A stretch of 28,237 bases of DNA from a virus. Lineage: Duplodnaviria; Caudoviricetes. The position numbers were made by a program, and so were the translations under genes. Below are positions 1 through 9,245 of this stretch, in pieces (within the stretch, counting starts at the first letter, position 1; each line of letters opens with the position of its first letter). The notes beneath the pieces are model-generated. The model saw only the letters and a program-made list of their open reading frames with translations, was not told the DNA's origin and searched no databases. Where the stretch lies: IMG/VR virus record IMGVR_UViG_3300044630_002232, positions 1 through 28,237 of that record, one strand, 5' to 3'.

Positions 1-232
1 GGTATATCTTGGCGTGAAGGTAACGGGTGTATTTGGATGGCCTGCAGTTCCAAACGCAGTGAAGCAAGCCGCGATTATTCAGGCTGGTGCTGTGTGGTCA
101 TCTAGGACAAGTCCATTCGGCATTATTGGCTCGCAGGAGCTGGGTGGAATTTTGCGCCAGACACGCGCACTGCATCCTGAAGCCCAGGTGTTGCTTGATG
201 GATTCCGCAAGCGGGATGGGTTGGCGCGGTGA
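1..232 (+). CDS. Head-tail adaptor/connector, 3' fragment (variant of 27009-27614)
   Basis: Translation nearly identical to the C-terminus of 27009..27614; truncated by the window start. Confidence 0.85.
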   Translation, partial: VYLGVKVTGVFGWPAVPNAVKQAAIIQAGAVWSSRTSPFGIIGSQELGGILRQTRALHPEAQVLLDGFRKRDGLAR

Positions 233-672
233 GCTTCAACGATGTCACCATTATCAATGCGCTCGCAGCGCACCTAACGGCGGCAACACCGCCTACCGGC
301 TACACGCTGCGCACGGTGCACGCATACCCCCCAGATAATCTTGCGGTGGTGCCAGCAGTGGTGATTGTTCCAGCTGATGACAGCGTGAGTTACGGCGCTG
401 CCAATAGGCAGGTAACGCTTAACCTTGCGCTTACTGTGTACCTACAGCCTCAGGCTGATATGGGGCGTAAGTATCAAGACCTGATGGCTTGGCGCACCTG
501 GCTGCGTGATTGCCTCATTGACGGGGTAACGCTTAACGGCACTGATGCGGTGGCGCAAGCCAGCGTGACGGGCACCAGCATTGGAAATGACCAATGGAAT
601 GAGATGGATTACCTAACCGTGACAGCCACCGTAGAGGTGTCAAGCGTGGAGGCGATTAATGCCACCGCGTAA
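229..672 (+). CDS. Putative tail terminator / tail-completion protein (147 aa)
   Basis: GTGA overlap with the adaptor, position before the tail tube gene, YPP..P.VVI motif. Mostly synonymous changes versus the second copy support coding. Confidence 0.65.
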   Translation: MSFNDVTIINALAAHLTAATPPTGYTLRTVHAYPPDNLAVVPAVVIVPADDSVSYGAANRQVTLNLALTVYLQPQADMGRKYQDLMAWRTWLRDCLIDGVTLNGTDAVAQASVTGTSIGNDQWNEMDYLTVTATVEVSSVEAINATA

Positions 673-874
673 AGTAACTGAAAACTCAGAGCAGATTGAA
701 GTGCAGTATGTTGAAGGCTCGCTCGCTAGTGGAGAGTTTGTAGGCGGGTTACCGCTTGACGGCTCTACAATCAGCGTGCCTGCTACTATTGCTCAGGCGT
801 GGATTCAGGCGGGCGTTGCCAAGCCTGTAAATAAGACAGCCGCACCAGCGGCTATTGAAAAGGAGTTTGAGTAA
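659..874 (+). CDS. Small virion-module hypothetical protein (71 aa)
   Basis: GGAGG RBS upstream, frame conserved in the variant copy, TAATG overlap with the next gene. Shares a motif with 26489..26737. Confidence 0.75.
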   Translation: MPPRKVTENSEQIEVQYVEGSLASGEFVGGLPLDGSTISVPATIAQAWIQAGVAKPVNKTAAPAAIEKEFE

Positions 875-1881
875 TGCCAGCAGCCAGCGCCGGTAATGTG
901 ATTTTTAGCAAACTGGTGGCCTTCAGTGAAGCCACCCCAGGCACCACGCCAACGCTCACGAGCGGCGGGCGTAAGCTCTTGGTCAGCCCAACGGGGATGC
1001 TCACCACGGGCACCACAATTGAGCTTGGCGCTGAGCGCAGCGTTGCGCTCCGCAATCCTTTGCTCGCAACCACTGGCACAATCGTTAGCGTTGAGCCAAC
1101 ACTGAGCGCAACGGTTCCAGCAATCAGCATTGGTGAGTTGCCAATTTGGCTATCAATGACAAAGACCGTTACGCCAAGCGGCACGGCTGCGCCATACGGC
1201 TGGGATTACAACTATTCAATGACCACTGCCAATGACCCAAAAACCTACAGCCTTGTGGCTACCGATGGGCAGCAGCAGTATGTGGTTGATTACTGCCTTG
1301 CGGAGTCAATCACCATTGCGGCAGACCGCAGCGGCTTGACAAACCTGAGCGCAAACCTGTTTGGTCAGACCATTACCAAGAGCAGCGCAACGCTTGCTGA
1401 CGGCACGCCAACCAGCCCATTTATGGCTGGGCGTTTGTGGAATATGTTCCAGCACGGCACCGCCTTCCCAGGCACCGCTGACGGTACGGCTTTCCAATAC
1501 CTGCTTGATTTCTCACTTGAGTTCAACGCTGGTATTACCAAGCAAGCGTACCTTGCGGGAACCACGAGCTTTAGCACGCACAGCGAAAGCAACCCATTTA
1601 TGGGCACACTGACCGCAACGGTGAGCAGCACCGCTTCAGCCGTCAGCGTGTGGTATGACGCTTACCAGGCTGCAACGCCTGTTGGCATCAGGCTCACCTG
1701 GACATCAGGAAGCTTCAGCGCGCACATTCTCGCATTCGTAGTGCCTACATCAGTTCAGCCAATGGCTGGCGCTGAGGATGGCCTAACTACAATGGCGATT
1801 GAAGGCACGCTGGTATATGACGCTGTGAGCGCCAAGAGCCTGCAGATTGTTGTGAATAGCGATTTGAGCGCCTTGCCATAA
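874..1881 (+). CDS. Major tail tube protein (335 aa)
   Basis: Thr/Ser/Gly-rich, N-terminal E.TPGT motif, AAGGAG RBS, located before the chaperone and tape measure genes. Confidence 0.8.
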   Translation: MPAASAGNVIFSKLVAFSEATPGTTPTLTSGGRKLLVSPTGMLTTGTTIELGAERSVALRNPLLATTGTIVSVEPTLSATVPAISIGELPIWLSMTKTVTPSGTAAPYGWDYNYSMTTANDPKTYSLVATDGQQQYVVDYCLAESITIAADRSGLTNLSANLFGQTITKSSATLADGTPTSPFMAGRLWNMFQHGTAFPGTADGTAFQYLLDFSLEFNAGITKQAYLAGTTSFSTHSESNPFMGTLTATVSSTASAVSVWYDAYQAATPVGIRLTWTSGSFSAHILAFVVPTSVQPMAGAEDGLTTMAIEGTLVYDAVSAKSLQIVVNSDLSALP

Positions 1882-1907
1882 GGCTGGGCATAGTAGAGGG
1901 GGTTAAA

Positions 1908-2198
1908 GTGGCACAGAGCAAGCCAGAGTTTCGTACAGTAACCGTTGACCTGCCAGCACCTTTTGAGGGCTGGCAGGCAACACTTAAGGCAGAGGGCATT
2001 AGCGCGCGCGTGCTCATTGAGCTGCAAAGCAATGACAGCGCACGCGCAATGAAGGCGCTAGGCAACCTGATTGTTAAGCACAATTTCCTTGACGATACCG
2101 GCGCACCAGCGCCCGATGTGCTTGACTGCCCAATGGACGCACTCACCGCAACGGTGCAGGCGTGGAGCGATGCGGTAGCAGCACTCCCCCCGCGGTAA
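1908..2198 (+). CDS. Tail assembly chaperone (lambda gpG-like)
   Basis: Directly after the tail tube gene, GAGGGGG RBS, ends in a slippery heptamer with an overlapping -1 frame ORF. Confidence 0.8.
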   Translation: MAQSKPEFRTVTVDLPAPFEGWQATLKAEGISARVLIELQSNDSARAMKALGNLIVKHNFLDDTGAPAPDVLDCPMDALTATVQAWSDAVAALPPR

Positions 2199-2241
2199 GG
2201 CTGGATGCGCAGCGCCTAGCTGCGGGTAGGAGTATCCAGCC
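2186..2241 (+). promoter_or_regulatory. Programmed -1 ribosomal frameshift signal (C CCC CCG plus downstream stem-loop)
   Basis: Heptamer 2186-2192 in X XXY YYZ register, 6-nt spacer, stem GGCTGGAT(2199-2206)/ATCCAGCC(2234-2241) with inner CGCAGC/GCTGCG. Confidence 0.75.
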
Positions 2242-2386
2242 AGACCCACTAATTGTTGCGCACCTGGTTGGCAAAGAGTTCGGCATTCCACCGCACGAGG
2301 TTATGGATTGGGAGGCGGGTGACCTGCTCCGCACTTTTATGCTGATGACAGACCTGCAACCAAAGGAAGGGGTACGGCGTGGCTGA
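2186..2386 (+). CDS. Frameshift extension of the tail chaperone (gpT-like part of a G-T fusion)
   Basis: -1 frame ORF (track 2162..2386) lacks a good start of its own; the LVGKEFGIPPHEVMDW helical motif is typical of gpT-like segments. Confidence 0.7.
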   Translation, partial: PPAVRLDAQRLAAGRSIQPDPLIVAHLVGKEFGIPPHEVMDWEAGDLLRTFMLMTDLQPKEGVRRG

Positions 2387-2948
2387 GGGTGGCATTAACT
2401 TCACACTTAAGGTTGACCCTAAGTTCAAAGCCTACGAGCTGGGCTTTCTAGAGGGTTCAAACCCCACGGCGTACCGGCGGCTTATGTCATTTGCAACCGT
2501 AAACGCGGCGCGTACCTACAGCAAGCCGATTAAGGCACTGGCACCGCGTGGCAAGAGCGGAAACCTTGCCAAAGGTGTGAAGGCACGCGCTGGGCGCTAC
2601 TCCAAGCCAAGCGCAGTGGTAGGGCCGCTCTTTGCTGGGCGCGGCTCTAAGAAAAATCCGTGGTACCGCTGGATTGTGGTGAAGGGCACCAGCGGCAGGC
2701 GCAAGACAAAGCGCGGCATTGTTTCTGTTAAAGCAATCACGCCAAACAAGTTTGTCAATAGGGCGGTTGATAACCGTACCAATGAGCAAAAGGCTGTTGA
2801 TGCATTCCACAATACCGTGGAAGCCTTTTATAACAACACCGTGTTTAGGGGTAGAATTTTGCAGTTCAGGCGCGGCGGGCAGCTGGCGGGTATGGGCACC
2901 ACTGCTAAGAGTTTCTTTGGGATGATTGGAAGGCTGGTTAAATACTAA
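2379..2948 (+). CDS. HK97 gp10-like tail-completion/neck protein (189 aa, basic)
   Basis: Pattern IKALAPRGKSGNL...WY...KGT...PNKFVNRAVD resembles the HK97-gp10 family. Confidence 0.6.
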   Translation: MAEGGINFTLKVDPKFKAYELGFLEGSNPTAYRRLMSFATVNAARTYSKPIKALAPRGKSGNLAKGVKARAGRYSKPSAVVGPLFAGRGSKKNPWYRWIVVKGTSGRRKTKRGIVSVKAITPNKFVNRAVDNRTNEQKAVDAFHNTVEAFYNNTVFRGRILQFRRGGQLAGMGTTAKSFFGMIGRLVKY

Positions 2949-4619
2949 ATGGCAAGCGCAACTAGCACCGCAGTATTCGCCATTGTTGCAAAGGATGCAG
3001 CAAGTGCCGTAATGGGCAAAGTTGGCAAGTCTATGGGCAAACTGCGCTCTGTTGCAGGCGTTGCGTTTAAAGCCATTGCAGCAGGGGCTGCCATTGCAGC
3101 CGGTGCCCTCATTGCGTTTGCGGTTGACGGAGTAAAAAAGGCGGCGGCATTCCAGACCGCAATGCTCAATGTAAACAGCATTGCAAAGGAAACACCTGAA
3201 GCGTTTAAGGCAATGCAAGATTCGGTGCTTGAAATGTCCAAGCGCCTGCCCCAAAGCGCCGAAACACTTGCGGCAGGTTTGTACGATATTTCATCAAGCG
3301 GCTTTGCAGGTGCTGACGGCATCCTTGTGCTTGAGGCGGCTGCGAAGGCAGCCTCAGCAGGACTTGCAGAAACATCCGAATCAGCCGCGGGTATTACCGC
3401 GGTGCTCAATGCGTATTCATACGAAGCCGATGAGGCGCAGCGTGTTTCCGACATCCTTTTCAAGATTGTTGATAGGGGTGTTATCACCTTCCCAGAGTTG
3501 GCTCAAGAAATTGGTAAGGTAACCGCACTCTCATCCCCACTTGGTGTTTCTCTTGAGGATGTTGGCGCTGGCTTGGCAGTGCTGACTAAAAACGGAATTG
3601 ACGGCGCAAACGCAACCACACAACTTAACGCCATTATGCAGGCGGTGCTGAAGCCAACAAAAAAGGCAAAAGACATTGCAAAGGGGCTTGGTCTTGACTT
3701 CAGCGCCACGGCACTGCGTACCAAGGGTCTTAGTGGGTTTATGGCAGACCTTATTAAAAAGACAGGCGGCAGCAGTGAAAAAATTGCTGCACTGCTTGGC
3801 GACTCTCGTGCAATCCGCGGTGCCTTCGTGCTTGCAAAGAATGGCGGCGAGCAGTTTAACAAGGAGCTAGAGCTAATGAAGGGCGCAGCCGGCGCAACCG
3901 ATACGGCGCTGAGCTACCAAAAGCAAGGGCTGCAGTATCAACTTGATGTTTTGGGCAATAAGTTTGACGCAGTGGCAATTGAGGTTGGCAATGTGTTCAT
4001 TCCTAAGCTCACAGAGCTGGTGGGCTTTGTTGAGCAAAACCTGCTGCCAGCATTTAGTGATTTTGCAAATGGGCTTGCAAATGCGGTAGGGCCAGCAATC
4101 AGTGATATTGCTGGGGAGATTGGCAAACCGGGCGGGTTGATTGACAGCGTGGCGGAGGTTGCCGGCTCAATCGTTGAGGAGTTTTCGCCAGAGCTTGAGG
4201 CGGCGGCAGATGCCCTGATTGGCCCTGACGGTCTATTTACTGCCGTTGGCAAACTTATCGGCGCGCTCTGGGGCGATGGCGAGGGCGCTCTTGCCTTTGC
4301 ATTTAAGGCACTTGGGCTGGCAATTGAATCAGCCTTTGCGCTTGCCAAGCCATTCTTTGATGCGCTTAAGTGGCTGGTTAACAATATTGCAAGCGTGATT
4401 GACGCGCTCAATAAGTCATCAAGAGCGCCAGCGGTTGCAGCACGAACAGCTGCGCAAAACGCAGCCGCAGGAAGCACCGCATTCGGCCTTGGCGCTTCAA
4501 CGGGCGGGGGCAGCACTACGGTTATGACAAACATTATGCTTGATAAAAAGGTGGTTGGGCAGGCAGCCGCATCCTATCTTGGATTGCTTGACCCTAACCC
4601 GCGTCGCACCTATCCATAA
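2949..4619 (+). CDS. Tape measure protein (TP901-type core, 556 aa)
   Basis: Ala/Gly-rich helical protein; N-terminal IVAKDAAS; core F..AM..V...LAAGLYDISSSG...GVSLEDVGAGLAVL typical of phage TMPs. Confidence 0.92.
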   Translation: MASATSTAVFAIVAKDAASAVMGKVGKSMGKLRSVAGVAFKAIAAGAAIAAGALIAFAVDGVKKAAAFQTAMLNVNSIAKETPEAFKAMQDSVLEMSKRLPQSAETLAAGLYDISSSGFAGADGILVLEAAAKAASAGLAETSESAAGITAVLNAYSYEADEAQRVSDILFKIVDRGVITFPELAQEIGKVTALSSPLGVSLEDVGAGLAVLTKNGIDGANATTQLNAIMQAVLKPTKKAKDIAKGLGLDFSATALRTKGLSGFMADLIKKTGGSSEKIAALLGDSRAIRGAFVLAKNGGEQFNKELELMKGAAGATDTALSYQKQGLQYQLDVLGNKFDAVAIEVGNVFIPKLTELVGFVEQNLLPAFSDFANGLANAVGPAISDIAGEIGKPGGLIDSVAEVAGSIVEEFSPELEAAADALIGPDGLFTAVGKLIGALWGDGEGALAFAFKALGLAIESAFALAKPFFDALKWLVNNIASVIDALNKSSRAPAVAARTAAQNAAAGSTAFGLGASTGGGSTTVMTNIMLDKKVVGQAAASYLGLLDPNPRRTYP

Positions 4620-6025
4620 TGTCAAACCCGTATTCAGTAACAATTGCTGGCGTGGGCGGCGGCACCGCAAACCTGCTGACGCTGCCGCTCTCAACTGCTG
4701 GCACCACCCCATACATTGAGCTTGGCAGCCTGAGCGCAAATGTAAGCGCTGACGGCGGCGGCAGTATGTCATTTGATGTATTGCAAACTGAAACCCCCAT
4801 TGCTGGCCCGTGGTGGAAGTCTGGCAACATTCCCGATAATGCGCGTGTTCAATTTCTAGACACACGCTATTCATCAGGTACGGCATTGTTTCTTGGGTAT
4901 ATCACCGGCATTGATGCAGAGATGTTGGGCAGCGGGTTTGGCACGAGGGCAAGGGTTAGCGTTGCCGACGCTGACGGCTGGCTTGCAAAAACATTGGTCA
5001 GAAAGTCATACACGGGCACAGACATTTACCAAACCGTGGGTTCATTTAAGCAGAGTGGCAATAGCCTTACTGACCGTAACCACATTAATGCTCTGCTCGC
5101 CAGAATCCACAACCAGGTAAACGATGCAACCACGCGGCAGATTCTAGACACCAGCGTTATCACTGGCAGCACTCGTGCCGTCTATTCTGGAACAGCCGTA
5201 ACGCTTGGCACGCTGGATTTCAAGCCAACTACTCTAACCAGCGCAATTAGCCAGATTTCAGAGGAAGCAAGTGGGATAACTGGCACCCCATACAATTTCT
5301 ATGTTGATGGAGCTGCGCGCCTAAACTATGGCCCCATTACTGTGCCAGGCACGGCTACTGCGCCAGCCGAAATCGTCACTGACCCTACGGCTGCGCGCAC
5401 TGGAAGCGCTGGTACTGCCACGCGCCTGCTCGCGCACAATCTTTCCGTGACCCTAGACCACGATTCCATTGTGAAGGGTATTTTTGTGCAGGCAGCAGAC
5501 TCGCGCGCTGACCGCGATGGCAATGCAAGACCTATTACCAATCAGCCATACTTTCGCACCTATAACGGCGGCACGCCATTTATCGGCTCTGGGCTTACTG
5601 CGCGCACTGGCCCGCTCCCGCAAGAGGTGTTTAGCGCGCCAAAGGTGGGCGGCTTTGGGCTGAGCGCTCGCTCCAATAAGGTGCAACGTCTCACGCGCGG
5701 CACGATGCAGGTGCGCTCAAAGCCGGTGCGCACCGTTTCCTTTGATATCTCTGGTGCTAACCTTGCACAGACAGCAAACCCAAATTGGGAATATGGGCTG
5801 GTGCAGGGCTACTCATCAGCAGGCTCTCTGGTGTCTGCTTGGCTGCCAGGCCAATTTGTGAAGGTGACCGCTTTAGAGCTTGACCTTAATGAAATTCTGC
5901 GCATTGCAAGCGTCACCTACTCTTTTGAATCTGGCGGCTCTTATCAGCTGCGCGTAGGCATTCAAGCAGAATACACAAAGCGCAGTGCGATTGCCGCGCT
6001 GCTTTCAAAGTTTGGAGGTAGATAA
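4619..6025 (+). CDS. Tail tip / baseplate hub protein (468 aa)
   Basis: Follows the TMP with TAATG coupling; LFLGYITGID, FYVD and C-terminal LPGQFVKV...LRIASV motifs are typical of hub/Tal proteins. Confidence 0.7.
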   Translation: MSNPYSVTIAGVGGGTANLLTLPLSTAGTTPYIELGSLSANVSADGGGSMSFDVLQTETPIAGPWWKSGNIPDNARVQFLDTRYSSGTALFLGYITGIDAEMLGSGFGTRARVSVADADGWLAKTLVRKSYTGTDIYQTVGSFKQSGNSLTDRNHINALLARIHNQVNDATTRQILDTSVITGSTRAVYSGTAVTLGTLDFKPTTLTSAISQISEEASGITGTPYNFYVDGAARLNYGPITVPGTATAPAEIVTDPTAARTGSAGTATRLLAHNLSVTLDHDSIVKGIFVQAADSRADRDGNARPITNQPYFRTYNGGTPFIGSGLTARTGPLPQEVFSAPKVGGFGLSARSNKVQRLTRGTMQVRSKPVRTVSFDISGANLAQTANPNWEYGLVQGYSSAGSLVSAWLPGQFVKVTALELDLNEILRIASVTYSFESGGSYQLRVGIQAEYTKRSAIAALLSKFGGR

Positions 6026-7908
6026 TGGCAGAGCGATACGGCACAGACCTGACGGCGCTTGGAGGCTACGAGGGCGGCGTAAACAGCGAGCAGGGTGCAG
6101 CGCTCGTCAGCACGAGCAGCGCTGGTGAAACAGCCCTGCTATTCGGGCCAGCCGCGCTGCGCGAGATTCAAGCCGGTGTTGCCAATGGTGACTTTGCCAT
6201 TGCGCCTGATGACTCAACTGGAACTATCACCGCTGAGAATCCGCTGCCCTACTGGACATTCACCGATGTAAACAGCGCTGGCGCAATCACCTGCGCCATC
6301 GTGCCAGACACTGGCGTTGGCTCAGGCAATCTGCTCAAGTTTAGTGTTGCCAGCGGCACTCTGACTGGCAAGAGCGCAACGCTCACACGCTACATTCCTG
6401 TTGCATCGTCAGCCTCTCGCTCATTCTCTTACTACCTTGAGGCTTCATTCCTAAACGGCTCAGCCGCGCCTGAGGGTACTGAGGCAACGGTGCAAGTATC
6501 TGGTCAGTTTTACGAGCAAGACCAGACCACAACAACCGGCTCAGCATTTGTTGGAGCCGCTGAAACATTTAGTTTTTTCGCCTCGCCATCCGCAAGCGGC
6601 ATTGTCGCACCAGATTTCTACGCGGCAACGCCTGACCTTGACAACACCACAGTGCCAGCGGCGGCGGCATTCCTGAAAGTCACGGTCACTATTGCAACGG
6701 TTGCGACGCAGACCGCAACCAACGAAATCAGTCTGACTGAGGTGCGAGCAACGAACGGACTCCCTGAACTGCTGCTCACGGATAGGACTCAGCCAGACAT
6801 TCACGGCCCAGCACTTATCACCGCTGACTTTGGCGAGTTGGGACTTAGGTCAGGCAGTGGCGATGGAACCATTGACCTTGGCGCTGACACCAACATTTTT
6901 GGCGCAGACAGCGTGAACATCAACACCAGCGGCGATGTGTCAATAAACGCAGAAACTGGCGTTTTCATCACGCAGAGTAGTGGAACCGTTGCTGGGCGCC
7001 TCAACTCAGGCAGTCTGCGCCTATCTGACACCACCGATGCGAGCCTGAGCAGCACAGGTCACGCATTCCAGATTGGCGCGAGCAGCGGTCAAAACCTACG
7101 CATTGACGGCAACGAGATTATGGTGGTGAACAACGGCGGCACGGCAGCGATGTTCCTTCAGGGCGATGGCGGCACGCTTGGAATCGGCGGCAACACAGAG
7201 ATTGACGGCAACCTGACAGTCAATGTTTCTGGTGTGGAGGCACTAACTCTGGACGGCTTCATTGCGGTTGACCGCGCCGCCGCAGGAAACACCGTCTTTC
7301 AGTCAAAAATCCCTGCCGATTCAGCCAACCGATTCTTAGTTGAGACAGACGGAACGCTCAACTGGGGTTCAGGCAGCGCAACGCGTGATACGAATCTGTA
7401 CCGCTCTGCTGCAAACGCACTAAAGACCGACGATGATTTGTACGTTGTCGGATTCATAAATGTCACAGGTTCATCAACTTTTGCCAACAATGTCTCCGCA
7501 GCGAACATAAACCTATCTGGCGCAAACGGATTGCGGCACGATGAACCTGCAACTACAACTTCAACGGCCAGCGCCGCAATCTGGGTCACCGTATCTGGTA
7601 CGAACCGCCAACTCCGCCGCAACTCATCATCCGCGCGCTACAAGACAAACATTGTGGATGCCGATGAGGTGGTGCTTGAGGCGGCACGCAAAGTCAAGCC
7701 GCGCCACTATGAATCCACGATTGAGGATGAGGCGGGCGCGACGCGCTTGGGCTTCATTGCAGAGGAGATTCACGAGGCTGGGCTGACGCACGCTGTAGGG
7801 TATGATGCTGACGGCAAGCCAGAAACGCTTGACCCTGTAGCACTGATTGCGGCGCTCTGGCACCGCGTGAATGACCTTGAAAGCAGACTGAGGGAGTTAG
7901 AGAAATGA
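6025..7908 (+). CDS. Tail fibre/spike with C-terminal intramolecular chaperone (peptidase S74)
   Basis: Gly/Ser/Thr-rich beta repeats; C-terminal SSARYKTNI...LGFIAEEI...coiled coil is the S74 autocleavage signature. Confidence 0.88.
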   Translation: MAERYGTDLTALGGYEGGVNSEQGAALVSTSSAGETALLFGPAALREIQAGVANGDFAIAPDDSTGTITAENPLPYWTFTDVNSAGAITCAIVPDTGVGSGNLLKFSVASGTLTGKSATLTRYIPVASSASRSFSYYLEASFLNGSAAPEGTEATVQVSGQFYEQDQTTTTGSAFVGAAETFSFFASPSASGIVAPDFYAATPDLDNTTVPAAAAFLKVTVTIATVATQTATNEISLTEVRATNGLPELLLTDRTQPDIHGPALITADFGELGLRSGSGDGTIDLGADTNIFGADSVNINTSGDVSINAETGVFITQSSGTVAGRLNSGSLRLSDTTDASLSSTGHAFQIGASSGQNLRIDGNEIMVVNNGGTAAMFLQGDGGTLGIGGNTEIDGNLTVNVSGVEALTLDGFIAVDRAAAGNTVFQSKIPADSANRFLVETDGTLNWGSGSATRDTNLYRSAANALKTDDDLYVVGFINVTGSSTFANNVSAANINLSGANGLRHDEPATTTSTASAAIWVTVSGTNRQLRRNSSSARYKTNIVDADEVVLEAARKVKPRHYESTIEDEAGATRLGFIAEEIHEAGLTHAVGYDADGKPETLDPVALIAALWHRVNDLESRLRELEK

Positions 7909-8090
7909 CCGCAAGCCAAAGCACAGAGATTCTGAAGCGGCTAGACCGCATTGAGCGTGACCTTACCGAAATCAAGGTAGACCTTGCAGAAAGCAGGGGC
8001 GCGTTGAAGCTCGCTAAGGGCATTATTTTCCTATTGGGGATGACCGGCTTAGGCGGCTTGCTTACTTGGATGCAGGGGCAGGGCAAATGA
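7905..8090 (+). CDS. Small coiled-coil plus TM protein, holin/XhlA-like (61 aa)
   Basis: N-terminal heptads RLDRIERDL, one C-terminal hydrophobic helix, sits before the endolysin. Confidence 0.6.
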   Translation: MTASQSTEILKRLDRIERDLTEIKVDLAESRGALKLAKGIIFLLGMTGLGGLLTWMQGQGK

Positions 8091-8662
8091 TTCTAAAAGT
8101 ACGCTCCCAGCTTGGCTTGGCAGAGCGCCTTGGCGTAAAGGCTATGGATGATTGCGGCCCTGCAAGCCTTGCAACCGCAGCTACCGCCCTTGGCATTGAT
8201 ACAAACACCAAGGCAGCGCACAAGGCGTGCGCGCAGGCTGGGCGTGTAGATACGCCTACCGGCGCAGAGGGCACCAGCGCAAAGCAGGTGCGCGATGCCG
8301 CAAAGATTCTGGGGCTGAAGGCACGCATTGTTTATGACTGGAGCGAGGCGAGCAATCAGGTAAAGGCTGGCAGCATCCTCATTCTGAATATCCAAGCCAG
8401 CCAAAAGGTAGTGCCAGACCGCCTACGCTCAAAGTGGCAGCGCGATTACTGGCGCAAGCAGCCGCTGGCAACCTACGGGCACTGGGTGGTGCTGGCATAT
8501 AGCAATTCAACTTGGGAGTATGCGTGCCCTACAATGAAAGAGGGCGTTGCGGGGCGCTGGGCTACACCTGATGAGGTGAAGGTGCTGCGCGATAGCAAGG
8601 GCAATGCTGGGTTTCCAACACCGCCCGCAATGGTGTTGATTAGCAAGAGGGGAGCCGCGTAA
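8087..8662 (+). CDS. Putative endolysin, peptidase C39-like cysteine peptidase (start revised to ATG 8087)
   Basis: SQL...DCGPASLA catalytic Cys and GHWVV catalytic His; lies between two membrane proteins; ATGA overlap. Confidence 0.75.
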   Translation: MILKVRSQLGLAERLGVKAMDDCGPASLATAATALGIDTNTKAAHKACAQAGRVDTPTGAEGTSAKQVRDAAKILGLKARIVYDWSEASNQVKAGSILILNIQASQKVVPDRLRSKWQRDYWRKQPLATYGHWVVLAYSNSTWEYACPTMKEGVAGRWATPDEVKVLRDSKGNAGFPTPPAMVLISKRGAA

Positions 8663-8991
8663 TGAATCCGATTATTAGTGACCTATTGAATGCGCTGATT
8701 GTGGGCTTGGTGCCTGTAGCAATTGGTGCGCTTGGCTATCTGGGCAAGCAGGTGATTGACTTTTTGCAGGCGCGTATGAGTGCTGAGCAGTTTGGAATGG
8801 TTGAGGCGATTGCCCGCACGGCGGTGCGCTCCATTGAGCAGACACTTGGCACAGAGGAAGGCGAAGCCAAAAAGGCAGCCGCCCTTGCGCTGGTGAAGTC
8901 TGAGTGCCTAAAGCGTGGCTACAAGCTGGACGATGAAGCCATTGGGGCGGCCATTGAGGCTGCCGTGTACCAAGAGCGCCTGAAGCGCTAA
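8662..8991 (+). CDS. Holin, LL-H family-like
   Basis: N-terminal TM helix then AVRSIEQ...GEAKK..A...IEAAV motif. Confidence 0.8.
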   Translation: MNPIISDLLNALIVGLVPVAIGALGYLGKQVIDFLQARMSAEQFGMVEAIARTAVRSIEQTLGTEEGEAKKAAALALVKSECLKRGYKLDDEAIGAAIEAAVYQERLKR

Positions 8992-8997
8992 CCGGCA

Positions 8998-9192
8998 ATG
9001 GCATACGCTGCCGCCAAAGAGCCGCCACCCTGGGGGCGCTGTGAGGTGTGTGGACTGAGCAGCCGCGTGTGGAAAGCCAATGAGTCTATCGTTGCGCTAG
9101 GCGCTGGGTACGCGGTGGTTGAGGGTGAGGGCTATTGCCGCGATTGCATTGCGCTGGCTGTTGAGCTGGCAGGCTCAGAGGATATTGACTAA
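8998..9192 (+). CDS. Small zinc-finger protein (CxxC...CxxC, 64 aa)
   Basis: CEVC and CRDC pairs; last ORF before the tandem hairpins. Confidence 0.6.
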   Translation: MAYAAAKEPPPWGRCEVCGLSSRVWKANESIVALGAGYAVVEGEGYCRDCIALAVELAGSEDID

Positions 9193-9245
9193 GCAGCCCT
9201 GAGAGGCTGCTTGACCCCCGCCCGTACCCTCCTCACGGGCGGGGG
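9191..9245 (+). terminator. Tandem hairpins ending the late operon
   Basis: AAGCAGCC/GGCTGCTT (9191-9212) and CCCCCGCCCGT/ACGGGCGGGGG (9215-9245). No clear U-tract, so the terminator role is uncertain. Confidence 0.5.

Larger units (their letters stand above)
1..855. repeat. Imperfect terminal direct repeat, copy A (circular overlap, strain variant)
   Basis: 1-855 aligns without gaps to 27383-28237 (offset 27382). About 70 mismatches by manual count, mostly third codon positions; 729-855 is identical. Confidence 0.97.

Noticed and set aside
1-855. Biological long terminal repeat or gene duplication
   Set aside because: The ends fall mid-gene, the copies differ like strain alleles, the exact 127-nt end suggests assembly, and HNH plus P27 TerS suggests cos packaging elsewhere.
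6025-7908. Diversity-generating retroelement or invertible tail-fibre cassette
   Set aside because: No reverse transcriptase, invertase or template/variable repeat pair seen.
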